NCBI GenBank assembly: GCA_963803435.1
Contig: CAWDML010000009.1
Location: 1,056,001 to 1,120,000, forward strand
Length of the DNA: 64,000 nucleotides
Reading direction: 5' to 3'
Source: an uncultured delta proteobacterium
GTDB taxonomy: Bacteria; Myxococcota; Kuafuiibacteriia; Kuafuiibacteriales; Kuafuiibacteriaceae
Shown: piece by piece, positions 27,116 through 35,393 of the stretch
Layout: every line of letters begins with the position of its first letter
Position numbering within the stretch: position 1 is the stretch's first letter
Notes under the pieces: generated by a model
Databases searched by the model: none
What the model saw: the letters and a program-made list of their open reading frames with translations, nothing else
Told to the model about the DNA's origin: nothing
Program-made: the position numbers and the translations under genes

Positions 27116-27343
27116 ATGGAGAACGTCGTCCGTGTTGACGAATCCACCGGCGTGTTGCGCGAGCGTGACACGGTCCGGTCAGAAATCGAACGACTCCACC
27201 GGGAGCACAATGAGCTGAAGGCCAGGTTGTCAGAGCTGAACAGTCGCCTCTACCTGAGCCCGGATGAAGAGATCGAGCGCAAGACGATCCAGAAGCTCAA
27301 GCTGCTCAAGAAGGATCGCCTCGCGTATCTGACCAGCTCCTGA
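27116..27343 (+). CDS. DUF465/YdcH-like small coiled-coil protein
   Basis: LHREHNELKARLSEL...YLSPDEEIERKTIQKLKLLKKDRL pattern; AAGGAA upstream of ATG 27116. Confidence 0.75.
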   Translation: MENVVRVDESTGVLRERDTVRSEIERLHREHNELKARLSELNSRLYLSPDEEIERKTIQKLKLLKKDRLAYLTSS

Positions 27344-27360
27344 CACGCTCGCGCGTACCG

Positions 27361-28257
27361 TTGAAGACCGTCGCCATTCTGGGCGCGCACCGCGCCGTCG
27401 CGCAGGCCCTCGTCGAGCTGATCGAGGAGCGCGAGCTGGACCTGGACGTCGTCCCCGCCACCACCACCGAACATCTCGGCCCCGGCCTCGAGCTGATGGA
27501 CGCGGCGCTCTTGGCGCGGGCGGACCTGTTCGTCGCCTGCATGGGCGGGCCGTTGATCGAGGCGCTGGTCGAGCGGACGGATCGGCCGGTGCTGGACCTG
27601 GCAGGGGTCAGCCGGGGACCGCGCCTGTTTCCCGGTCTGGAGAGCACCCAGGCCCTCGACGGCGTGGTCCGGATCCCGGTCGGGCCGGCGGTGCCGCTGG
27701 TCTCGGCGCTGGCGGCGCTCCGTGCGTTCGGCCTGGAGAGGGCGACGATCACCACCCTCGAGTCGGCCGCCACCCAGGATCGGGAGGGGATGGACGAGCT
27801 GTCCGATCAGGTCCGCGCGCTCTTCAACATGCGGGACGTCGAGCCGAAGGCGTTCCCGGCGACGCTGGCGTTCAACGTGATCGCGGGCGCGCTCTCGGAG
27901 GCGGCGCTGGAGGAGGAGATCGCCGACGGCCTGAGCCGGAGCGGGCCCTCGCCGGAGCTGGCCGTGGCGCGGGCCCTGGTGCCCACGTTCTCCGCGGACG
28001 CGGCGTTCGTGGACGTGGGGGTGGAGGACGCCGCGCCCAACCTGGAGACCGTGATCGACGCGTTTCGGAACGCTCGGGGCCTCTTTTACGCGGGCGAGGC
28101 GCCGGTCGCCGTCGCGGCGCTCGGGCGGGACGACGCGCTGGTGGGTCGGGTGCAGGCCGGGCCGCGACGGATCGCGTTCTTCCTCGCCTCGGATCGCCTG
28201 CGGCGCGGCAGCGCAACGCTCGCCTGCCTCGCCCTGGAGGGTTGGATCTCGAAGTGA
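27361..28257 (+). CDS. Aspartate-semialdehyde dehydrogenase-like (Usg-type) protein, catalytic motifs degenerate
   Basis: VAILGA Rossmann start, GMDELSDQV, LAFNVI, VGRV and SDRLRRGSA align with Asd; located upstream of truA. Confidence 0.75.
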   Translation: MKTVAILGAHRAVAQALVELIEERELDLDVVPATTTEHLGPGLELMDAALLARADLFVACMGGPLIEALVERTDRPVLDLAGVSRGPRLFPGLESTQALDGVVRIPVGPAVPLVSALAALRAFGLERATITTLESAATQDREGMDELSDQVRALFNMRDVEPKAFPATLAFNVIAGALSEAALEEEIADGLSRSGPSPELAVARALVPTFSADAAFVDVGVEDAAPNLETVIDAFRNARGLFYAGEAPVAVAALGRDDALVGRVQAGPRRIAFFLASDRLRRGSATLACLALEGWISK

Positions 28258-28288
28258 GGGCGCGGGCGTGATACGGCAGGGGGGCACG

Positions 28289-30241
28289 ATGCGTGTTCCC
28301 AGCCTCGCCGCGTTGATGCTCGTGCTCCCCGGGGCGGCCTTCGCCCAGACGAAGCCGATCATCACGATCAGCAACATCCCGCAGCAAGACCAGCAGCTGA
28401 ACACCGACGAGGTCACCGCGGACGCGCCGATCCAGCTGAGCTGGTCGGCCGACGTTCCGGTCCTGCAGAGCTATCGCTACGAGATCACGTACGACAATCC
28501 GCGCGACATCCAGGCCAACAACGACCCCGAGCTGGTGGTCCTCGACAACACGCCGGACGCCGGCCGCAACATGGGCGTGGTGACGACCGGGCAGACGTAC
28601 ATCCTCAAGATCCGCCCCAGCCAGATCGTCCGGGCGGTCGACCTGCCCTCGAACAACCCACCCCTCGACCTCGACAATCAGCCCGAGCAGCGGAGCATCG
28701 TGGTGCAGGTCTTCATCCCCGGGCAGGAGGGGGACGATCTGAGCGCGGCCAGCCAGTCGTGGACGTTCGAATACGACACCCGGCCGCCGCCGCCGCCGGA
28801 GCTCCGCCAGGTCTTTCCAGGGGAGAACCGGGTGCTGGTGAAGTGGCGCGCGCCCGAGAGCGACGGCGACGTCCAGAGCTGGGAGGTGGTCTACTGCCCG
28901 AACGGCTCCGGCGCCGAGGTCCTGACCACCACCACCGCCACCTCCGGCTACGACATCGCCGGGCTCCCGTGCGAGGCGAAGGCGCAGAAGACCCAGATGG
29001 CGAGCCTGAGCGTCACCGAGCTGGCGGTCTCCGACGGCGTCGCCAACGGCGTGCCGGTGGCGGTGGCCGTGCGATCGGTCGACGACTTCGGCAACCGGGG
29101 CCCGCTCTCCAACGCCCGGCTCCAGACACCCGCCGAGACCACGGACTTCTGGGAGCTCTATCAGGAGCTCGGCGGACAGGAGGACGGCGGCTTCTGCTTC
29201 GTGGCCACCGCCGCCACCGGCTCGTACTCGCACCCGATGGTGCGCGTGCTCCGGCTGTTCCGCGACCGCGTCCTCAAGGCGAGCTACGCCGGCACCGGCC
29301 TGGTGTGGGCCTACTATCGCTGGTCGCCGCCGGCGGCCCGCCTGCTGGCGAGGAGCGCGCGCGCGCGGGTCCTCGCCCGGGTGGCCCTGACGCCGATCGC
29401 GCTCTTCGCGCTGCTCTGGACCGTCCTTCCGCTCCTCGGGCTGCTCGTCCTGATCGGGCTGCTCGCCCGCAAGCTCAAGAGAAAGACGGCGCCCATCGCG
29501 GGCGCGGTGGCGCTCCTCCTGATCCTCCCGGCGGCGGCGGAGGCGGCCAAGCCGATGCGGGCGGAGCCGACCGGGCCGCTGGGCTTCGGCTTCGAGTTCA
29601 AGGGCGGGCCCTACCTCCCCGACATGGGTCGCGCCGGCGGCGGCAGCGACGGCAACACGGCGTTCGTCCGCATCTTCGGGTCCGAGGCCAACGCGCTCTA
29701 TCAGCTCGCGTTCGACGTGCAGGTCTACCGCGGCTTCGGCACCGCCGGCATCGGGGGCAGCTTCGGATTCATGCAGTTCGTGGGGAAGGGCGTCTTCGGG
29801 GTCTCGGAGAACAAATCGCTCGACACCACCGTCTTCAACATCCTGCCCCTCACGCTGGTGGCCTTCTATCGCTTCGACTGGCTGGCGGACCACAGCCCGG
29901 TCCCGCTGGTCCCGTACGTGCGCGGCGGCCTCGCGTACGACTTCTGGTGGGTCACGAACGGGACGGGGCACGTCTCGCGCTTCAGGGGCGACGAGGCCGA
30001 CAACCCGGACGACGACCTGCCCGGACGCGGCGGCAAGATCGGCCTGACCGGCACCGCAGGCCTCGCGCTGATGCTCAACCACCTGGAGCCCTCGTCGGCG
30101 ATCAGCCTCCACAACAGCACGGGGATCCGCGGCACCTACCTGTTCGCGGAGGTCGAGGCCTCGAAGGTCGACGGCTTCAAGAAGTCGGGCTTCGATCTCT
30201 CCGAGCTCACCTGGAACATCGGCCTCTATCTCGAGTTTTGA
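28289..30241 (+). CDS. Secreted FN3/Ig-like domain + CFI-box-CTERM + internal signal peptide + outer-membrane beta-barrel fusion
   Basis: Signal peptide ending AFA; PPPP..VFPGENRVLVKW (FN3-like); GGFCFVATAATGS..V..LR.FRD..L; TM; RKLKRK plus second hydrophobic stretch ending AEA; amphipathic strands ending GLYLEF. Confidence 0.75.
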   Translation: MRVPSLAALMLVLPGAAFAQTKPIITISNIPQQDQQLNTDEVTADAPIQLSWSADVPVLQSYRYEITYDNPRDIQANNDPELVVLDNTPDAGRNMGVVTTGQTYILKIRPSQIVRAVDLPSNNPPLDLDNQPEQRSIVVQVFIPGQEGDDLSAASQSWTFEYDTRPPPPPELRQVFPGENRVLVKWRAPESDGDVQSWEVVYCPNGSGAEVLTTTTATSGYDIAGLPCEAKAQKTQMASLSVTELAVSDGVANGVPVAVAVRSVDDFGNRGPLSNARLQTPAETTDFWELYQELGGQEDGGFCFVATAATGSYSHPMVRVLRLFRDRVLKASYAGTGLVWAYYRWSPPAARLLARSARARVLARVALTPIALFALLWTVLPLLGLLVLIGLLARKLKRKTAPIAGAVALLLILPAAAEAAKPMRAEPTGPLGFGFEFKGGPYLPDMGRAGGGSDGNTAFVRIFGSEANALYQLAFDVQVYRGFGTAGIGGSFGFMQFVGKGVFGVSENKSLDTTVFNILPLTLVAFYRFDWLADHSPVPLVPYVRGGLAYDFWWVTNGTGHVSRFRGDEADNPDDDLPGRGGKIGLTGTAGLALMLNHLEPSSAISLHNSTGIRGTYLFAEVEASKVDGFKKSGFDLSELTWNIGLYLEF

Positions 30242-31035
30242 CCCGCACGATCCGCCTGGTCGTCGAGTACGACGGCACCGCCTTCTCCGGCTGGCAGGAG
30301 CAGGAGGCAGGCCGCTCCACGGTGCAAGGCGCCTTGCAGGACGCCGTCCATGGGATGACCAAGGAGCGGGTCCGGGTGCGCGGTGCGAGCCGCACCGACT
30401 CGGGCGTGCACGCACGCGGTCAGGTGGCGGCGTTCGACACCGAGAACGAGCGCATCCCGGCCCATGGGTTCGAGCGCGGTCTCGGCCAGCACCTGCCGGA
30501 GGGCGTGGCGATCCGACGGGCGGAGGAGGTCGAGACCGGCTGGAACCCGCGGTTCGCCTCCCGCGGCAAGCGGTACTGCTACACCTACTGGAACGACCGG
30601 CAGCCGAGCGCGCTCGAGCGCTTCCGCGCCTGGCACGTGCGCCGTCCGCTCGACCTCACCGCGATGGCGGCGGCGGCGCAGCATCTGGTAGGCACGCACG
30701 ACTTCGAGGCGTTTCGCAGCGCCGCCTGCTCGGCGAAGCACGCGGTCCGCACGCTGTACCAGGTGAACGTTCGGCGCGGGGACTACGCGCGCCTGCACCT
30801 CGACGTGGTCGGGAACGCCTTCGTGCGCAACATGGTCCGGATCATCGCGGGGAACCTCAAGGAGGTCGGCGAGGGCAGCCTGTCGCCGGAGGGCCTGCGC
30901 GCGATCCTGGAGTCGCGGGACCGCACGAAGGGCGGGGTGACCGCGCCGCCCTGGGGGCTCTGCCTCGAGGAGGTCATCTTCGATGAGCGCTTGCCGCCCC
31001 GCCCGAACAACGATCAGGATCTGGGCGAGGATTGA
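30238..31035 (+). CDS. truA: tRNA pseudouridine(38-40) synthase
   Basis: EYDGTAFSGWQ, SRTDSGVHARGQ, GTHDFEAF, AFVRNMVRII; TTG start overlaps the upstream TGA. Confidence 0.95.
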   Translation: MTRTIRLVVEYDGTAFSGWQEQEAGRSTVQGALQDAVHGMTKERVRVRGASRTDSGVHARGQVAAFDTENERIPAHGFERGLGQHLPEGVAIRRAEEVETGWNPRFASRGKRYCYTYWNDRQPSALERFRAWHVRRPLDLTAMAAAAQHLVGTHDFEAFRSAACSAKHAVRTLYQVNVRRGDYARLHLDVVGNAFVRNMVRIIAGNLKEVGEGSLSPEGLRAILESRDRTKGGVTAPPWGLCLEEVIFDERLPPRPNNDQDLGED

Positions 31036-31760
31036 TCCGATCGATCTACAACGCCCTCGCGATCGCGCTCCTCACCGCGATCTGGTCCATCGCGGCGCTG
31101 CTCGCGCTGCCGTTCGGCCCCGGGGTGGTGCTGAGGATCGCGCAGATCTGGTCGAGGCAGGTGCTGTTCGCCTGCGGTGTGAAGGTCGAGTGCGGCCCGC
31201 CGCCGGAGCCGCTGGACGCGCCGGCGTATCTGGTGCTGTCGAACCACACCAGCCACTTCGACGCGCTCTCGATCTACGCGACGCTGCCGATCGCAGGGAT
31301 CCGACCGGTGGCCAAGCGGGAGCTCGGCTTCATCCCGCTGTTCGGCTGGGCGCTGGCGCTGGGCGCCGCGATCATGATCGACCGGCGTGATCCCGCGAAG
31401 GCCGTGGCCTCGATCGAGCGTGCGGCCGCGGTGATCCGCGGCGGTCGGTCGGTGCTGATGTTCCCGGAGGGCACCCGGACGCCGCAGGGATCGCTGGGGC
31501 CGCTCAAGAAGGGCCCGTTTCACCTCGCGGTCGCGTCGAAGGTCCCCATCGTTCCGATCGCGTTGTACGGGACCGGCGACGTCCTTCGGGCGGGGGACTG
31601 GCGGATCCATCCCGGTCGGGTGGTGCTCCGGATCGGGCGGCCCATCCCGACGGCCGACCGCGGGGAAGGGGAAGCCGCGAGGGCATCCCTGATAGTCGAC
31701 GTGGAGCACGGGCTGCGGGCCCTCATGGAGGAGGCCGAAGCGATTGGGAAATCCGCTTGA
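31032..31760 (+). CDS. plsC: 1-acyl-sn-glycerol-3-phosphate acyltransferase
   Basis: NHTSHFD, AKREL, FPEGTR, KKGPF motifs. Confidence 0.9.
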   Translation: MIRSIYNALAIALLTAIWSIAALLALPFGPGVVLRIAQIWSRQVLFACGVKVECGPPPEPLDAPAYLVLSNHTSHFDALSIYATLPIAGIRPVAKRELGFIPLFGWALALGAAIMIDRRDPAKAVASIERAAAVIRGGRSVLMFPEGTRTPQGSLGPLKKGPFHLAVASKVPIVPIALYGTGDVLRAGDWRIHPGRVVLRIGRPIPTADRGEGEAARASLIVDVEHGLRALMEEAEAIGKSA

Positions 31761-31785
31761 CAGCCCCGCTTACGGCCCATAGAAG
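31757..31785 (+). promoter_or_regulatory. sigma70-type promoter of rplM-rpsI
   Basis: TTGACA-N17-TAGAAG ending 11 nt before the rplM ATG. Confidence 0.6.
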
Positions 31786-31796
31786 CCGATGTCCCT

Positions 31797-32255
31797 ATGG
31801 CTGGCATCGTCAATCTGCGCGCGACCAAGCACTTCACCAGCACCGATCACGAGCGCAAGTGGCTCTTGATCGATGCGGAAGGCCAGACGCTCGGTCGCCT
31901 CGCGAGCCGGATCTCCATGATCCTCCGCGGGAAGCACAAGCCCACCTTCACGCCGCATGATGATGTCGGTGACTTCGTCGTGGTCGTCAACGCAGAGAAG
32001 ATCGACCTGCGCGGCAACGACAAGATGAACAAGAAGATGTACTACAAGTACACCGGCTGGCGCGGCAACATGAAGCGCAAGAACGCCGCCGCCCTCCTGA
32101 AGCTGGCGCCGCACAAGGTGCTCGAGCTGGCCGTCGCCGGGATGATCCCGCGGGGCGCGCTCGGGAGCCGGCAGCTCAAGAAGCTGAAGATCTACGCGGG
32201 CACCGAGCACCCGCACAAGGCTCAGAAGCCCGAGCCGACCAAGATCGAGTTCTAA
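31797..32255 (+). CDS. rplM: 50S ribosomal protein L13
   Basis: WLLIDAEGQTLGRLAS, LRGKHKPTFTPH..GDFV, HPHKAQ. Confidence 0.98.
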   Translation: MAGIVNLRATKHFTSTDHERKWLLIDAEGQTLGRLASRISMILRGKHKPTFTPHDDVGDFVVVVNAEKIDLRGNDKMNKKMYYKYTGWRGNMKRKNAAALLKLAPHKVLELAVAGMIPRGALGSRQLKKLKIYAGTEHPHKAQKPEPTKIEF

Positions 32256-32267
32256 AGGAAGTATCGA

Positions 32268-32660
32268 ATGGCCACCGAAGAGTTCGTCGCCACTGGACGC
32301 CGCAAGGAAGCTGTCGCGCGCGTCTACCTCCGTCCCGGCAGCGGGAAGATCATCGTCAACAAGCGGGACATCGAGACCTATTTTCCCCGCGAGACGCTCA
32401 AGATGGTCATCCGCGCGCCCTTCGAGATCGTCGAGCAGGAGACCAAGTGGGACGTGAAGGTGAACGTCGTCGGTGGCGGCCTCTCCGGCCAGGCCGGCGC
32501 CATCCGCCATGCGATCACGCGTGCGCTGGCCCTCGCTGATCCGGACGTCCGGCCGCCGCTCAAGAAGGCGGGCTTCTTCACGCGAGACGCCCGCGCCGTC
32601 GAACGCAAGAAGTACGGCAAGCCCGGCGCCCGCAAGCGCTTCCAGTTCTCGAAGCGTTGA
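32268..32660 (+). CDS. rpsI: 30S ribosomal protein S9
   Basis: [36 protein letters not shown]. Confidence 0.98.
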   Translation: MATEEFVATGRRKEAVARVYLRPGSGKIIVNKRDIETYFPRETLKMVIRAPFEIVEQETKWDVKVNVVGGGLSGQAGAIRHAITRALALADPDVRPPLKKAGFFTRDARAVERKKYGKPGARKRFQFSKR

Positions 32661-34330
32661 TCGGACCGCTCCTTCTCCTCCTCGCCGGCGCGGCGCCCGA
32701 ACCGCCCGGCCGTTTCCTCCCCTTCACCCCGCTGCCCCTGGAAGAGCTCTACGCGAAGCGCATGCGCTTCGAGCGGGGAGAGCCGATCATCAGCGTCGGC
32801 ATCATGGACTCGCAGTCGCACGTGCGGCTGGCGGCCGACGGTCCCACCCGCCTCATGTTCGACGAGGCGAGCCTCCCGAAGACCGTCTACGCGCCGCCGG
32901 AGACGCGCTTCGAGCTGAGGCCGCTGTCGGGCCAGCGGGCGGTCCTCCGCTACTGGGCCGTGGTGGAGACGCGGAAGTACGTCGAGGTCGAGGAGGCCGA
33001 GGCGATCCGCGCGCGCTGGGCAGAGAAGGGCTATCCGGCCAAGGTCTTCGAGACCGGTGCAATCGTCGGGCTCCGCGGGAACGTCCTCGATACCCGCGAG
33101 CGCCGGATCGCGATCGGCAACTTTGCGACCGAGCGGCAGGCCGAGCAGGCGATCAGCCGGCTCTCGCAGAAGGAGGCGGTGCGCCCCTTCATCCACGAGG
33201 ACCTGGTGCGCGCGCCGCGCGGGATCATCGGGATCTATGACGAGCGCGGGCGTCTCCTCCACCGGGCCACCGATTCCGTCTACTTCGGCACGGTCGAGGC
33301 GGGCCAGATCGAGATCCAGGACGTGGAGCACGGACGCGGCTATTCCTCGCACGGCCGGCAGACACGCTCGTACTGGGGACACGTGTACGTGGTGATCGAT
33401 CGGGCCGGGAAGCTCGCCGTGACGAACTCGGTGGGCGCCGAGGTGCTCTTGAAGGGGCTGGTGCCGGCGGAGATCTTCGCGACGGCGCCGCTGGATGCGC
33501 TCAAGGCCCAGGCGGTCACTGCGCGCGGCGAGATCTTCAGCAAGCTCGGACAGCGCCACTTCGGCGAGCCGTTCCACCTCTGCAGCGAGATGCACTGCCA
33601 GGTGTACGCCGGAGCCGGCTTCGAGCGCGAGGCTACCAACCGCGCCGTGGAGGAGACGCGCGGCCTGCTGGCGGTCCGCCCGAGGAAGAAAGACGACGAG
33701 CCGCTGTCGCTCGTGGACTCGGTCTACTCGTCGACCTGCGGCGGCTTTTCGGAGGACAACGACGTGGTCTGGGACAACGCCGCCTCCGAGAGCCTGCGGG
33801 CTCGGCTCGACGGCAACCCGAACGATCCCGCGCTCGCGATGTTCTCCGACGGGATCACCGAGGAGAACGTGCGCACCTGGCTCGAGTCGTACCCGCCGGC
33901 GGAGTGCGCCCGCTCGAGCTTCGTCAACAAGGACAAGTTCCGCTGGAAGAAGCGGTTCGCCGGGGCAGCGCTGTCGCGGATCGTGAACCGGCTGGGGCTG
34001 GGCGCGCTTCAGGACGTGCGGATTCTCGGGCGGGGCCGCGGCGGACGGGTGAAGGGGCTGCGGCTGGTGGGGACCTCGAAGACCCAGGACGTGGTGCGCG
34101 AGCTACCGGTCCGGCGGTTGTTCGACAATCTCTCGAGCGGCATGTTCGTCCTCGATCTCGAGCGGGGTCCCGGCGGGCTGGTGAAGTCGGTCACCTTCGT
34201 CGGTGGCGGTTGGGGACACGGCGTGGGGATGTGCCAGGTAGGCGCGATCGGTCGTGCCGAGCGCGGCCAGGACTTCCGCAAGATCCTGGCGCACTACTAC
34301 AACGGGGCGACCGTCGTGCAGATCTATTAG
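32657..34330 (+). CDS. SpoIID/LytB-domain peptidoglycan lytic transglycosylase with SPOR-like segment
   Basis: Signal peptide; [50 protein letters not shown]. Confidence 0.88.
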   Translation: MIGPLLLLLAGAAPEPPGRFLPFTPLPLEELYAKRMRFERGEPIISVGIMDSQSHVRLAADGPTRLMFDEASLPKTVYAPPETRFELRPLSGQRAVLRYWAVVETRKYVEVEEAEAIRARWAEKGYPAKVFETGAIVGLRGNVLDTRERRIAIGNFATERQAEQAISRLSQKEAVRPFIHEDLVRAPRGIIGIYDERGRLLHRATDSVYFGTVEAGQIEIQDVEHGRGYSSHGRQTRSYWGHVYVVIDRAGKLAVTNSVGAEVLLKGLVPAEIFATAPLDALKAQAVTARGEIFSKLGQRHFGEPFHLCSEMHCQVYAGAGFEREATNRAVEETRGLLAVRPRKKDDEPLSLVDSVYSSTCGGFSEDNDVVWDNAASESLRARLDGNPNDPALAMFSDGITEENVRTWLESYPPAECARSSFVNKDKFRWKKRFAGAALSRIVNRLGLGALQDVRILGRGRGGRVKGLRLVGTSKTQDVVRELPVRRLFDNLSSGMFVLDLERGPGGLVKSVTFVGGGWGHGVGMCQVGAIGRAERGQDFRKILAHYYNGATVVQIY

Positions 34331-34339
34331 GATGGAGAC

Positions 34340-35377
34340 GTGGTCTTGGATCCACAGGATCCGATGATCGGGACCGTCGTCGGAGATCGGTACCGGCTCG
34401 AGCAGCGCATCGGCAAGGGCGGGATGGCGGTCGTCTACCGGGCCACGCAGCAGAGCGTCGATCGTCCGGTCGCGGTCAAGATCCTGAACACCGAGGTCAC
34501 CGGCAACGAGCAGGTGGTGTCCCGGTTCGAGCGGGAAGCGCGGGTCATCGCCCGGCTCCGGCACCCCAACACCATCAAGCTTCTGGACGTGGGCCGGACC
34601 GAGGACGACCGACTGTTCATCATCACCGAGCTCCTCGAAGGCGCGCCGCTCCATCGGCTCATGCGACGCGGCGAGATGACGGTGATGCGGGCGATCCGGA
34701 TCATGGGACAGGTCGCCGAGTCGCTCGCGGAGGCGCACACTGCCGGGATCGTGCACCGGGACCTGAAGCCGGCGAACCTGTTCGTCGACCGCGTCGGCCG
34801 CCAGGACGTCGCCAAGGTCCTCGACTTCGGGATCGCGAAGCTGATGGACGGCCCCCGCTGGACCGCGATCGGTGCGGTCTTCGGGACGCCCGCGTACATG
34901 TCGCCCGAGCAGGCGCAGGGGCTCCCGGTGGACGCGACCAGCGACATCTACAGCATGGGCGTGATCCTCTACGAATGCCTCTCGGGCGAGCTCCCCTTCA
35001 GCGGGACCAAGTCGCCCGTCATCATCGCCCAGCACATCAACGATCCTCCCAAGCCGCTCTCGTCGCTCCCCAACCCGCTCCGGCTTCCGGTCGATCTCGA
35101 GCAGCTCACGATGCAGATGCTGGAGAAGAAGCGAGAGCTGCGGCCGGCCAGCATGGACGAGGTCAGGGCACGCCTGCGCCGGATTGAGGTCTCGACGGAG
35201 AGCGAGGCGGCGTTCGCCGACCAGGCGCCCACCCGCTACATCACGATGCCGCCGCCGATGGTGGAGACCGTTCCGCCGCCCACGTTGCCGCCGTCGCGGA
35301 GCCCGCTGGTGGCCGCGGCGCTCCTCGGGCTGCTGTTCGGCGGTGCGATGGTGGTGGCGGTGCTCCTGATGCGCTGA
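34340..35377 (+). CDS. Hanks-type Ser/Thr protein kinase with C-terminal membrane anchor
   Basis: GKGGMA, VAVK, HRDLKPAN, DFG, GTPAYMSPEQ; hydrophobic C-terminus. Confidence 0.93.
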   Translation: MVLDPQDPMIGTVVGDRYRLEQRIGKGGMAVVYRATQQSVDRPVAVKILNTEVTGNEQVVSRFEREARVIARLRHPNTIKLLDVGRTEDDRLFIITELLEGAPLHRLMRRGEMTVMRAIRIMGQVAESLAEAHTAGIVHRDLKPANLFVDRVGRQDVAKVLDFGIAKLMDGPRWTAIGAVFGTPAYMSPEQAQGLPVDATSDIYSMGVILYECLSGELPFSGTKSPVIIAQHINDPPKPLSSLPNPLRLPVDLEQLTMQMLEKKRELRPASMDEVRARLRRIEVSTESEAAFADQAPTRYITMPPPMVETVPPPTLPPSRSPLVAAALLGLLFGGAMVVAVLLMR

Positions 35378-35393
35378 CGCGCGGCGGTCGAGC

